Shown here piece after piece: positions 1 through 13,528 of a DNA stretch of 64,000 nt. Source of the DNA: Lytechinus pictus (Eukaryota). The number at the start of each line of letters is the position of its first letter. The stretch's first letter is position 1. The notes beneath the pieces were generated by a model, which was given only the letters and a program-made list of their open reading frames with translations, was not told where the DNA came from and ran no database searches. The stretch is from contig NC_087245.1 in the NCBI RefSeq assembly GCF_037042905.1, positions 23,996,001 to 24,060,000 on the forward strand, in the 5' to 3' direction. Made by a program: the position numbers and the translations under genes.

Positions 1-1645
1 ACAATATTTTAATACATCATAATCGAGGGCAACTCATTGGAGTCCAATTCACTGGGGATTGATTTGTGTACATACATAATGAACAATTTCTCTCGATGCC
101 CCCCCCCCAAAGAATTACTACTCTAGGACAAGAATCGACATTTTGTTTGAACAATCTCTTGAGCTAATAACAATTCCAGCACTATCCCTCATATCCTTTC
201 AGCTTCATGTTTATTGATCGATTTCACTAATACAGCGAGCATTATGCGCCTCCCCCCCCCCCCTTCTCGCAACAACAAAGAGATGGCAAATATAAGTTTT
301 GTGTGTGACCACAATAATGCATTACTAATCTTTACTCAACACTACGTCACAGACCACTAAACAAGAAAGGTCTCTGTCTGTTGAGGATTTCTTTTGTTGC
401 TTTCTGTTCAATTGCCTGATGTTTATAGGTGTATTGAAAATCCAATAGCATAAAAGAACTGTCCGTCCAGGGGAACTCTCAGTGAAAGACAGACTGCACA
501 AAAAGCTATATAATTTCGAATATCACCGACGCAATTTTCTATAAAAAACATCTTTTTCGATTACAAAAATACTATGCTCTCTCTAAAAAAAGTTTAACCT
601 AATGTTTGGTAAAAACGGAACATGAATGCTTTTGGAGTAAAATGAAACCAAATACTCTGTATTTTTTTTTTACTCAATGTTGAGTTGAAATGTATCCATA
701 TGACATTTTGCCTAATATCGGACAAAGTATTATTCAACAACATGCATGTTACCCTTTTACCCAATATTGGGTAAATAATTTTTAGAGTGTGCCAAACTTT
801 GTGCAATGATACAGTAGGCCATGTGTAGCAATCTAGCTAGAAGACACCCCCTCATAGTTAAAGAACAAGTCCCGATATCCTAATGGATATTAACTCTATG
901 CTTCCCGCATTGGGTAAAATACTGCCCAATATTGGTTGGACACATAATTACCCTTGTGCTGGTTAAACTTTTACCCAATATTTTTACAGTCTAAATGATG
1001 TAGACCTACACTATATAATATTCAGTTAATATCACGAAAATATGGCCACATAATGACGGTCGTGCCCATTGTATCATATCGATAAGTAAAAGTTCTGCAA
1101 ATTGTGTTCACAATTATCTTTTAATAATCATCACTCTATTACTGTGGCACTTCAGTCAGAAGAGTGGCAATTAATCTATTCTGCATTCCCATCCCAGCTC
1201 ATTATATAGGAGATTCGAATGTGAGATTATTAAACAGAGGAAATCTGGATTCTCCATAGATGAACCAAGAACGAGATATGGTTGGTGCATATTGCTATAA
1301 AATGTGAATAATTCACGCAAAGTGACATCTTTCAAATTCAATTCCAACCGTCTTTAAATCAGTTTTAAAAAATCCTTCAAATGCCAATAAGAAGGGCGAT
1401 TATAAACGCAATTATGAGTTTGGATTAGATTTAGTACATCATAGGAATTGTCATGAGTATATGAAAAGCATGACAAACGTTAATAATGATATCAAGCAGA
1501 GTTTCAAAGGCCCACATTACATGTAAACTCATGCATTTCGACACAAAAGGGAATATCAAGTATCGGAGCTAAGATGTAAACAAAACTTAGGACGAAGGGA
1601 GCTCCCACCTAAACGAACCAGCATTATTAAATAAAAGAAACTTAC

Positions 1646-1992
1646 CTCTATTTTTTTCAACAGCGATAGCTAGGCTTGACTGCTTGAATTAGATGGCGGG
1701 GCAGGAAAACAAAGCTATGTTCCTTGATGTTTTACAAGACTATTACATGCAACTTAAGAAAGATGTAGCTGGTGTGATGGAGGATCGAAGAAGAAGAGCT
1801 AGCAGGCACCATATCATGATAAGGGACCACTCCATGCGAACACCTCACAGGAATACGACGACCAGATATAACGGCGGGAATATGCATCTACCCATTGTAC
1901 CCCTCATGCTCATAACAGCTCACCTTTAGCTTGGATCACTCGCAATTCGGGCACGCACACAGCACAATAAAGCAGACCTGGATTTGTTATTT
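1646..1992 (-). other. Candidate exon of a further minus-strand gene or pseudogene continuing off the left edge
   Basis: Acceptor CTCTCTCTGTTTTGTTTACATTTCAG and donor GAG|GTAAGT. It contains the signal-peptide-like MEWSLIMIWCLLALLLRSSITPATS (ATG at 1835), followed by in-frame stops. Confidence 0.4.
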
Positions 1993-2561
1993 CTGAAATG
2001 TAAACAAAACAGAGAGAGGTGGATCGTAGTCAAATATACTGTCAGATTCTTATGCCAGGTACGAAACATACTTAATGCCCTATTTAGGATTGTTATTTAA
2101 GTTTTTAAAAATCGATTATTCTGAATTATTTCCTCAAATGTCCTGGCATTAAGTTTATCATGCCTGGCCTCATTACAGAGGTAAAATATTCGTTTTATTG
2201 TTGCATCATCACTGACTTTAAAGTTGTATTGATTTATAATTCTGAAAGCGAGCGAATGATCAAAAAATGATAGTTGAGGTTTACCTTAAATACAGCTTCA
2301 GTTTAATATAATTTGTCCCGTTTATACCAAGTCTATTCGAAAAATTCTTAATATCCCTTAAAACTCCTTGAAAAATCATTTCCTGGGGCAAATCTTAAAA
2401 ATACCTTGATCGACACTCGCACAGTGCGTTATTAGAATAAAGGAAAATATCATCAACAGTGGTCAAGAAATATTTCGTTTTAAAAAAGAAAAGGGGGCAT
2501 TGGATTGCCAAAGGAATACAAAATAAAAATCGGAACGAAAATTACTTGAATGTCTGGGCAT

Positions 2562-2744
2562 GCAAAATCTATCGAGGGATTGATTTTTAATGATTTTTTG
2601 ATGAGCTATGTTATAACACGTGAGTGAATGGGGGTCTGTAATACTCATGTGTGCCCTTATGGGCTCACATGAGTATTACAGACCCACATTCACTCACGTG
2701 TTAAATCATAACTCATCAAAAATCAATCCCACGATAGATTTTGC
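2562..2744. repeat. Near-perfect palindrome of about 180 bp (foldback MITE)
   Basis: GCAAAATCTATCG...TACTCATGTGTGCCC-TTAT-GGGCTCACATGAGTA...CGATAGATTTTGC. Confidence 0.88.
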
Positions 2745-3044
2745 TTTAATTCACTGACATTAGTCACAATTAACAGTACACTAAAACTAGATATGTTAAT
2801 CGGGTTCTTGTCCAGCTCAATCAAAAGTTAAATGGCCTGAAATAAGACTAACCATAATTTCGGCCAGTCCATTGCCAGAAAAACCCGAACTGCATTGTAG
2901 ATAATAATGATTAAAATGAAATACGAAAATGCAGTCTAGCCTCCCCAAAGGCATTAGCAATGAAAGAGTATGAACATGACATTGTTTCTATCATTTATAT
3001 TTTGATATACGAACATTTTGTCTATTTTTAATGAATTATTTTAA

Positions 3045-5252
3045 GGACGTTCCACAGTTAAAATGAAGTCCATGTCATTTTCACCAAATTTTGCAGAGAG
3101 TTACTTTGGTTTCTATATGCATTATAAAAATGCAAAAAACAATGTAAGTTCATGTGCTTATTTTTTTCTACGGGTCTTCAAAGTAGACGTATTTGAATGA
3201 TATGCAATCTTGCGCAATCTAGAGAATTATGCCCTTTTTAGACCTTACGAATTCACCAAATTAGTTTAAATCATCTTTAAACAAAGTTTATACAAAAGAA
3301 AGGGAAAGTCTTCTAATTTGTAAAACTATATCTATGTGGAGTCAGCAGCGCCCTCATTTGGCAAGAATGTGCAAAAACTCGGAAAAACAAATCTTCAAAG
3401 ACGTGAATCTACTCAAAAATTAAAAAAGTATTTTGTAAGCTGCACTTTTTTCAAAATCCATGTCATTTTCATCGAATTCGGCTAAATTGTAGAGGAATGC
3501 ATATCAATGGTGTAGGAAAGTTAAAAGTATGGGGTCCATGTGCTCGTTTTTTAACTATGAGTGTCCAAAGTGATGCGAGTTGGCATGAAAATCGCCTAAA
3601 ATGCGCCAAAAACGTGCAGTCTAATAATACCGTTTAAAATGCGAATGGTTCCGTAGTATTGCTCCCAAACATTCAAAATCCATGTCATTTTCATCATACT
3701 CTCCAGATTTGTAGAGGAATATATTTCGAATTCGTTAAAATATTAAAATTATGGGGTCTATGTGTTCGGTTTTAAGCTATCAGTGTCCAACTTGTGGCAA
3801 GTTGGCTTGAAAATCGCCTAAAATGCGCCGAAACCCTCTAAAATGCAAATGGTTCCACATTTCGCTCCCAAACATTCAAAATCCATGTCATTTTCATCAT
3901 ACTCTCTAGATTTGTAGAGGAATATATTCTGAAGGCATTAAACTATTAAAAATATGGGGTCCATGTGCTCCTTTTTAAATCATCAGTGTCCAATGTGTTG
4001 CGAGTTGGGTTGAAAATATTGAAACCCACCTAAAATGCGCTGAAAACGTGCAAAAGTCTGATAATACCATCTAAAATGCGAATGGTTCCGTAGTTTTGCT
4101 CCCAAACATTCAAAATCCATGTAATTTTCATCATACTCTCTAGATTTGTAGAGGAATATATTCTAAAGGCATTAAAATATAAAAAAATATGGGGTCCATG
4201 TGCTCATTTTTAAACTGTCAGTGTCTAAACGGTTGCGAGTTGGCTTGAAACAGCCCCAAAGGGCCCAAATCATGAAAATGCGCCGAAAACAAGCAAAATT
4301 ATGTTAATACCGTCTACAATGCGAATGGTTCCGTAGTCTTGCTCCCAAACATTGAAAATCTATGTCATTTTCATCATACTTTGCACATATATACTTTAGC
4401 ACCTGAATATTCCAAATATGCAAAAATTAACATGAGTCCATGTGCTTGATTTTTTGCTACAGAGCTTCAAATTTAACCCAAATGGATTTTCTTAAGAATT
4501 GCGCGTTCAAATTAAAGAATTTGGCATTTTTAGACCTCACGAGATCACAACGATGAGTTTAAAGCTCTATTACTCAGTCAAAATCCATGAAAATTTAATC
4601 AAATTTTGCAATATGATTGATAATTGTATCCTTAAGATGGATAATTTATTTATATTGCTTTCAATTGTTTACTCATTTAAGTCTAACAGCACTCTCAGTT
4701 CTTAGAAATTGCGGGAAAGATAACAACTACTCGACCTCACAATTTTCAAATATCAATAACAACTTGAGAAGTAAAAGAAATGCTGCACTTTATTCAATTT
4801 GCAAAGTTGTAGAGGAAAGTATTAACATTAAACAATATGGGTTCATGTGCTTGTTTTCAAACTATTAGCACTCTTATTATAGAGCAAATTTTCCTTTAAT
4901 AAACCCCCAATAAAACGCGCCAAAAGCTTTGTATCTATGTGAGGAAAAATTCCGAACCGCTCTACCATTTTCAAACTCGGGGTCATATTCATCATACTTT
5001 GCAGCACTACAGAGAAAAGTATTTTGAAATTGTAGAGGAATAAAAAAAAATGGTCCATGGAATAACTCCAGTAATCCAGTTTATTGGCTTCATAAAATAA
5101 CACATCGGATCTGCAGCTAGTGCAGATAAGGAGAAAAAAATAGCTCACAATACCTACAGCTGATTAATCACCAGTTCGCTTTGTGACGTCAGCGCGCAGA
5201 GTACAAAATATGCGCAGATCATGATTCGGACAAACATAACTGTGGAACGTCC
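3045..5252. mobile_element. Kolobok-like non-autonomous DNA transposon with an internal tandem array of about 190-230 bp units
   Basis: Perfect 16-bp TIR GGACGTTCCACAGTTA and TTAA on both sides. Internal repeats carry AAATCCATGTCATTTTCATC and GGGGTCCATGTGCTC. Confidence 0.85.
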
Positions 5253-5780
5253 TTAATCAAGTCATGTGATCTTTACTTACGCCTGTCCGGCATGCTTTGC
5301 GCACGGATGAATTACTCTCATGTGCCCTTATGAAAATGGTTCTGAGAACATTTTGGCAAAGGCAAATTGACCTTTACACTAAATTCCCCAAAAGATCAAT
5401 AGACCTCTTCCGATTATATACATATATTATTGCACGAAATAAACTAAGAAGAACAAAATGTATACAGACGCAGGCTTCGTTAAATGTTATTATCAATAAT
5501 AGTTGCCAACTCTTTTATAGAAATATTATATCTATAAAAGAGTTGGCAACTCTTTTTGAAAGTAGTGTTGCTAAAGAAGGTATGCGCTAGAAATACTGGC
5601 GAACAGATGGGATGGGGTTTGGAGGGCATTTTCACCCCCCCCCCCCCAAAAAAAAAAAAAAAAAAAAATCACGACCAAGTAAAAAAAAGAGAAAGGGAAA
5701 GAGAAAATGATTAAATATTTTTATAAATTTTACACAATACGCCATATACTGTACATGCATTATATTTAGCCCCCTCATCA

Positions 5781-6742
5781 TTTTTGTCTCACCTGCATAG
5801 CAGAGTGAGACAATAGGCGCCGCTTTTCCGACGGCGGCGGCGGCGTCAACACCAAATCTTAACCGAAGGTTACGTTTTTAAAATGACAGCATAACTTAGA
5901 ACGTATATGAACCTAGTTCATGAAACTTGGACATAAGTTAATCAAGTATTACTGAACATCCTGCATGAGTTTCACGTCATATGACTAAGGTCAAAGGTCA
6001 TTTAGGGTCAATGAACTTTGGCCAAATTGGGGGTATTTGTTGAATTACTATCATAACTTTAAAAGTTTATGGATCTGATTCATAAAACTTGGACATAAGA
6101 GTAATCAAATATCACTGAACATCCTGTGTGCATTTCAGGTCACATGACCAAGGTCAAAGGTCAATGAACTTTGGCCGTAATGGGGGTATCTGTTGAATTA
6201 CCGTCATAACTTTGAAAGTTTATGGATCTGACTCATGAAACTTGGACATAAGAGTAATCAAGTATCACTAAACATCCTGTGCGAGTTTCAGGTCACATGA
6301 CCAAGGTCAAAGGTCAATGGATATTGGCCATGTTGGGGGTATTATAACTCTGTAAATATATTGGTCTAGTTCATAAAACTTGGACATAAGAGTCGTCAAG
6401 TATCACTGAAAATCTCATGCGAGTTTCAGGTTACATGACCAAAGTCAAAGGTCATTTAAGGTCATTGAACTTTGGCCATTTTAGAGGTAATTATTAGATT
6501 GCTGTCATAACTTTCAAAGTTTATAGATATGGTGTATAAAATGTGGATATAGGGGTAATCAAGTATCACTGACAAGTTTTAGGTCACATGATCAAGGTCC
6601 AATGTCAATGAACGTAGTATTGTATCATTATATGAATGGTTTTTTTGTGAATAATTATTTAAATGGTGTTTTTCAAAGTCAGCACTGCTGCTATATTGAA
6701 TCGCGCGATGCAGGTGAGACCGCCAGAGACATTCCACTTGTT
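5781..6742 (+). mobile_element. Helentron-associated (HINE/DINE-like) element with internal tandem repeats of about 150-165 bp
   Basis: T-run, subterminal IR GTCTCACCTGCA (5786-5797) / TGCAGGTGAGAC (6709-6720), (GGC)n microsatellite, core repeats, CTTGTT end. Confidence 0.8.
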
Positions 6743-7748
6743 GGCTAAGTACGCCACTGTCAAGAAGGGCGTTTTCTTCTTCTTCCTTCGATAAATTACA
6801 AAAGCTTCTGAAATTCACAAAAATTTCTAGAATATGGGATAGCCCTCGAGTTTATCCAAAAAATATTGGACCCACGATTTCAAAGTAGAATTGGCTTGCC
6901 TGCAGGAAAGGGGCCACATATGAGCCCGCGAAAAGACGACAAAGCATAGGGCCAAGGGATTTCCCCCATGGAGTTCCCACTAAGATATTTTAACATAATT
7001 CAACATACTGTGCCGTGAAATAAAAACAAATAAAATTTTACACAATTCTTCTTTGTTATCACTTTTCATCAAACCCAGTGGAGGCAGGTGCAGATCCAAG
7101 GGGGGGGGGGGGAATGCAGGGGGCAACTGTCTTTTTTTTTCTTTTTAACCCAAATTCGTAAATAATTTTGGTATCGTGTGTATCAGTGTCCCCTCCTCTG
7201 ACCCATTGGAAGTGAGGATAACTTAGGTTCGTTCAAGTTGAGACTGAAAAACAATAGGCCAATTCTTAGGATTTGATATTTTTCTCTCTTATGAAACATT
7301 GAATAACTTTGTGCCTTGGTCAAAATCAGATGATAAAGTGTGTTATCTGCCGCACGTCCAAAGTGGTACCCATGCGTTAAGACAGAGGCGAGAGCCCACA
7401 TTGACTGTAATTACATGACGAAGAAGTTTGAATGTCTCATATCAAGCTTAGCGGCAGGCGGGGCTCGATCTATAACCAAAATGTGATCATTCATTTTTTT
7501 CTTTGTGAACCTCACAGTCATGTTGTATTATTTTGCTTTCCAACTAAAGCATCCGATCTATTTTTTTTATCTGAGTGCAGCGAGCGAGTGGTGCTGGTGC
7601 ATAAATCTACATTCACAGAGATCTATATAGTGATTTTCACAAGCTTATTTATTTTTTCTAATTATTTATTTATTTATTCATTTATTTATTTGTTTATTTA
7701 TTTGATTATTTATTTATTCATATATTGATACATATATATATATATATA

Positions 7749-8681
7749 CACTGTTGGTCATAATGGTGGAATAATTATTTTTACCCCAGTTTAGGGAAGG
7801 ATTTAAAAAAATTATTTATTTCTAATAGATCTAGATAATGGCATACATTCTCAGATTTTATTGAATATTGATTTGCGAGTGTTTCTTTTGCGTGACTGCT
7901 AAATCATATGTGTGCTACTATGCTAATCAGCTAGGGAACCTACGTCCTTAAATCATAATTGACAGTAATGAGGATTAATGCCTCACAAAAGGGCACTTAA
8001 ATAGCTAATCGACACGATTTTTATCCTGGGGCCTCACAGTAACGAGGCCATTACTTAGCCCCTGAATCATGACTGTACGCAGTGTTTGCTAGGGTACGCG
8101 GCCGCCCCCACAAATCCCCCAAAACGAAGAAAATGCAATAAATTGTCAAAAATTCATTGCAATTTCCCCCCGCCCCCAACAGGAAAAATTTCTCTGTGTG
8201 GCCATGCCTTGAACCATAATGCATGGCCCTACAGAGGAATTTTTCCTGTTGGGGGCCGGGGGAAAATGCAATAAATTTTTGACAATTTATTGCATTTTCT
8301 TCGTTTTGGGGGATTTGTGGAAGGGGCCGCGTACCCTAGCAAACACTGCGTACAGTCATGATTCAGGGGCTAAGCAATGGCCTCGTTACTGTGAGGCCCC
8401 AGGATAAAAATCGTGTCGATCAGCTATATATCAGTGCCCTTTTGTGAGGCATTAATCCTCATTACTGTCAATCATGACTTAAGGACGTAGGTCCCTTAGC
8501 TGATTAGCATAGTAACACACATATGATGAAGCAGTCACGCAAAACAAATACTCGCAAATTAGTATTCAATAAAATCTGAGAATGTATGCCATTATCTAGA
8601 TCTATTAGAAATAAATAATTTTTAAAAATCCTTCCCTCAACTGGGGTAAAAATAAATATTCCACCTTTATGACCAACAGTG
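7749..8681. mobile_element. 933-bp foldback element (arms about 460 bp) inserted in (TA)n
   Basis: CACTGTTGGTCATAA...TTATGACCAACAGTG. The arms are reverse complements almost up to the centre near 8213. TA flanks on both sides. Confidence 0.92.
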
Positions 8682-10395
8682 TATATATATATATTCATTT
8701 ATTTATTTATAACCTTCAAAGTATCTTTCATTTTTATATGCGCAAGTACAGTTAGCGATATTTTTTTAAAGACTAGAACTGTTTTATTACTAGATTTGAC
8801 GAGTGAGCGCAGCGAGATCCGAATTGTTGGAGTTACATCTAATTGCGATTCTACTTTCTTAAAACAATGATTTACAGCAGTTTAAATCAGATCACTCTTA
8901 TTTTATTTGCAGGGCCGGGGAAGGGGTGTTAAGCCTTCAAAACCACCCGCTAAACGGAGACTGGGAAGTGGCGTATAATATGAATGTAAAAATTTGGAAA
9001 AATTGACTCGATGTGCGAGCTACCTCTCCCCATGTGTTTCTTAATGCATGGTATTGGATTGTGATAAATTTCGTGAGTGAATTATTTTGTGTGTATGCGA
9101 CTGTGCGTGTGTGTAAGGGTGTGTGACTTGGGGTTATTCGCATCTAGCTTTATACATGGAGTTACAGAGGATTGGCGTCGTTTGAACAGCATGATTGAAG
9201 GGGTACGTCTACCAATCATAGTAACCGTTCTGGCTTCGCCTTTCAACCGGGCTGGTTTTTCCCCAGAAACAAAAATAAGTTTAAAATATCGTGCATTCAG
9301 GGCCATTATTCAGAGAGCATGTAAACAACTTAAAAGATTGAACAATCTGTTTATGTACACCTACACGCAATCGACTCTGAGTTGATAAACGGTCAATAGT
9401 TTAAAGTATGTACGTGTTTAATATTCTATTTCCCCGTCTATCACCCCCAAATTTGCAACAGGTTAATTTGAGTTAACAGATGTAAAATCAAGCAAGTATA
9501 ATGCTGAACGATTTACAAAAAGTCAGATGTACAGTTGTACGATCATGGCGGTTTTTATTGGCGAATATATTTTTCTTTAAACTGTAATTAATTTATCGCT
9601 GAAATTTTAAACAAGTCTGTCCAAAAAAATGTTGCGAAAGACCGGGGGCGCTCGGATTTGGAAAGGTTATAGGGGTGTGCGGCCCCAAAACCCTTAAGAA
9701 CTGAATATGCTCAGAACAGAGGGGCTTAAGAACTAGATGACACTCTTCAGATGGGGTTGCTTGCACGGGAACTAAAAATGGGGGTCTTGGAGTACTAATG
9801 TCTGAAAAATGAGGGGCTTATTATGAACGTTGGAGAATGGAATGGTCAATAAAAACGAAGAAATTGACACGCTTGAGAACTGCTCGCAAGGCTTGGAAAG
9901 GGAACTTATATATAAGGGCCGCACGTAGCCACACTGCCCTTATACGTGAGTGCCCCCCCCCCCTAACGGGGGCGAAACTAGACCCCAATTCCAAGACAGA
10001 GCCCAAAATGGGCCACATAACCAGATAACGAGCGAGTAGCACAAGTATATGACGATCCTGAGTTCGGTTGAATTTCTACTGTGCCAATATTTCACACTAT
10101 ATCCTATATCGTATTACATGAGGGGCAGATAATTATGTTTTTAGTAAATATTCCCCAGAAATAATCCTTTTGAAAATTGATATTTCCCCAAGGCCTTGGC
10201 TCGAAACTTGAGATCACTATCATCAAATACTGATCAATTATGAGATTTACATCTATGTAATTAACCACAAAGGGATATTGTAATTTCGCCCTAAAATTAT
10301 GTTTAAGCATTGCAATATGTTTGTGCTCAGCAATCAGATACATCGTATACCCTTTTCCTTACCAATATGATCGGGTTCGCCCTTGCCACTAACCC

Positions 10396-10467
10396 GTCTC
10401 TGTGGTCTAGTGGTTAAGGTACCGGCGTTCCAAGGTGGGGGCCCGGGTTCGATTCCCGGAAGAGACA
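10396..10467 (+). tRNA. tRNA-like sequence (Glu-type body, TCC anticodon position), probably a pseudo-tRNA or repeat-derived
   Basis: 72 nt. Acceptor stem GTCTCT/AGAGAC, A box TGGTCTAGTGG, perfect T arm CCGGG-TTCGATT-CCCGG. Mismatches in the anticodon stem and at acceptor pair 7. Confidence 0.55.
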
Positions 10468-10850
10468 TATTATCGGCATCACCAATTTATATATATAAAT
10501 TTATATTTACTTAACTTAGTAAACATAGGACCAATCAAAATAAAACATAATATCAACATAATATTAAGAAGGAATATTCTAAGTTTTTTTGTAATCATAA
10601 GCTTGATTCGTATCTAGCTAAAAAATGAATCCGAGCGCGAAGCGCGAGCTGATATTTATTGACATTCAGACCTGAAAAGGGAACATACAGGCCTAAAAAT
10701 ATTTTTTTAGGAAGTAATCTAACGACGCGTAACTAAGCGATATTAATGCAAGCACGAGGGTGAGCTGAAATTTTGAGTGTCCCTCTGCCACAATGTCCAT
10801 TTTCTTCATGTTCTTATGTTCTCTTCGTGTTCCTTGTTTGTTCAATCTCG

Positions 10851-11550
10851 TTTTTAGCTCATCCGGTCCGAAGGGCCAGATGAGCTTATGCCGTGGCGTG
10901 GCGTCCGTCCTCTGTCCACAATTTCAAAATGCTTCTTCTTCGCCATTTCAAGTCCGATTTCAGTTCTGTTTTCTTTATATGATAGCACTAGGTGGGGGAT
11001 TCAAAACTTCTACACATAATTTTGAAACTCATTAAATATGACAATTTATGCGCATTTTTCAAAATTCACTAAAAATGCTTCTTCTTCTTTATTTGTTGAC
11101 CGATTTGATTTTTTTTCTTCCTTATGGTAGAGCTTCATGAGGTTCACCAAACTTCTACACATAATTTTTTAATTTGGAGTAGAAAATTATTTATGCTAAT
11201 TTATGCAGAATCTATTCATAAATCACAAAAAATGTTTTTTCTTCTTCATTTGTTGATCAATTTCAATTTTGTTTGCTTCATATGATAGCTCGAGGTGGTG
11301 ATACAAAGTTTCAACACAGAATTTTGAAACTAATTAAATATGCTAATTTATTCATATATTTTCAAAACTCACCAAAAAATACTTATTTATTTCTTGAATT
11401 TTGACTATTTTTGTTCCTTCTGAGAGCTACATGAGGGTCACCAAGGTTCTATATAATTCACTACATTGTCAACTGGGGTGAAATTAAAATTGTGTTAAAT
11501 TTCGTTGCGAGATGCCGGATGAGCTCCACATCATTGATGTGCTAGTTTTT
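10851..11550 (+). mobile_element. Second Helentron-associated (HINE) element, a different family
   Basis: TTTTT start, subterminal IR AGCTCATCCGG (10856) / CCGGATGAGCT (11515), 3' hairpin CACATCA-T-TGATGTG, then CTAG and a T-run. Confidence 0.82.
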
Positions 11551-11618
11551 TTTCCAAAGCAATTATTAAGTGGTACTGTGCAAATAAGACCGATTGTAGT
11601 GGCCTAGACGGGCCTATA

Positions 11619-11770
11619 GGGCCGTTTCATGAAGCTATGTTCGTAAGTTCAGAGGGACTTTCAGAACGACTGGTAATCCTTTCTTGTGGTAAATGATATA
11701 CACCAAAATGTTCTTTGGCGATGGTTTAGCGCGTAAGTAGTGCACCCGTCGTTCTTAAAGTCGCTCTTAT
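11619..11770. mobile_element. Partial palindromic MITE
   Basis: Internal inverted segments GACTTTCAGAACGAC / GTCGTTCTTAAAGTC. The right end is eroded. Confidence 0.45.
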
Positions 11771-13528
11771 ACTGTTCTTAGAGTGTATGCAAAACATATA
11801 ATAAAACATCCACCATGCTATAAGAAATAAAAAAAATATGTGCTATTTATTAAACAATTATACTTTTTAGATAAAAGTTGTAAAAAAGCACTACTATTTG
11901 TAAAACTCATATGACAAAAGAAAGACGAATAACAAAAACTTGATTATAGAAAATACGGATGATTTGAAAATTAAATACATTTTCCTTTAATACATGGGCT
12001 GCAGAACGTTTTTGAAAGTTGAGGGAGGGGTGAGAAGTCAAAAGTGGAAGCCTGACCATACAACATAAACACACACACTGAAATGGTAATTTTTACCTTT
12101 TTGTAAACGGTTTTGGGAAAAGGAGGAAGGGGGGGGGGGGTTCTGCGGTCCCTGTAATAATTAATGAAAATTTCTTGATTACAATTCATAATCCAAGTTT
12201 GTCACCAATAAAGAGTAAGTATATACACTGCAGGTTTAAATTGGCAAGGTATGGTAAAGAGGTTCCAGTATACACTATTATAATTATTCTTGGGTCCTAT
12301 TTATGAATACCAAATCCGCTGGAAGAACACATTTTGTATAAGAACGTAGAACTGTTAAAATCGTATACACATCGAAATGTGTTTGATCATGACCTATTAA
12401 ACAAAAATTTACATACATAATATATGAAGAACACGTTCTCAAACAAGGCCTATCATCTTTGTGCAGAGCTGTTAGTAAGTATTGTAAAAAAGATCGTACG
12501 ATAAAGTCAGCAATTTTCATACTATATACATTGAAAAAAAAAAGGTATTCTGATATTTGGGTCTTTAACCTGACAACGAATTTACGTTAAAAACAAATAT
12601 TCTATTTCTACCCTAATTATAGAAATATCTCTTCTTAAAAACAATATTCATGTATGATACACATTGGGTGTTTTCTCAATTTCTGTATTTGTGGACGGGC
12701 CAAAGTACATGATTGGTCGAATATAACAACTGCTCGTAAATTTTTTGCCGAACAATTAATTTTATAGAAAGCTTACATATTATTGTACAGAAATCCTAAA
12801 AATAAAGTTCCATGAACGCCAGCGCCAGCACCAGCACGGAAAGAAGCCCAGCAGAATAAACTAATATCTAAGAATTTGGGGATCTTTAGCGGCAAGCTCC
12901 ACGAATGCCCATCGATCAAAATGAAGATCTTCAAAAGAACATCTTCGTTGTCGTCACCATCATGACCATGACCACGGGTCATATATGGTTCGATGATTAC
13001 ACCCATGATCGTGATTTCGTGAGTTCGAATCCCCGCTCTGCCATTTAATTGTCTCGATCACTTTTATAAAAAGACCCGATTGTAATTCTTTTCGTCTACA
13101 AGGTCAGACACTATGACTAATTAAATAAGACGTAATATGTGGGGGGGGGGGGGGGCTATGTTACCCATTAACACGTGAATGTTTCCTATGTAATTGGTTA
13201 TGTACCAGCTTGGTGTTATACCAACATGAATCTGACTCCTAGCCGAGTTCCTACGGGAGCTACCATAACAGAAACAGAATTCACTCCCATTTTAATGTAG
13301 GGCCTAATTCCGACTTATTACCTTGTACATACTGTACAGTAAAGTGCATAGGACATATGAATTGAAAAAATCTGAAGAAATCAAGAGACGAATTTCATAT
13401 ACGGCTAACACCCTATAAGTGTTTTTTTAAGACTCTTATCAATATAGATGTCGATGCCAACATGTCTATTTAGGTGTAATCGCTGTAACTTAAGGTGACC
13501 GAGCATTTCCAGTTGGATTAGACTCTAC

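Noticed and set aside
1693..1929. 78-aa plus-strand ORF with a nearby acceptor
   Set aside because: No recognisable domain. The minus-strand exon reading has stronger splice signals.
12791..13018. Plus-strand exon-like block (ACAG...GTGAGT)
   Set aside because: Stops occur in all three frames and no partner exons were found. It cannot be supported beyond a possible antisense non-coding exon.
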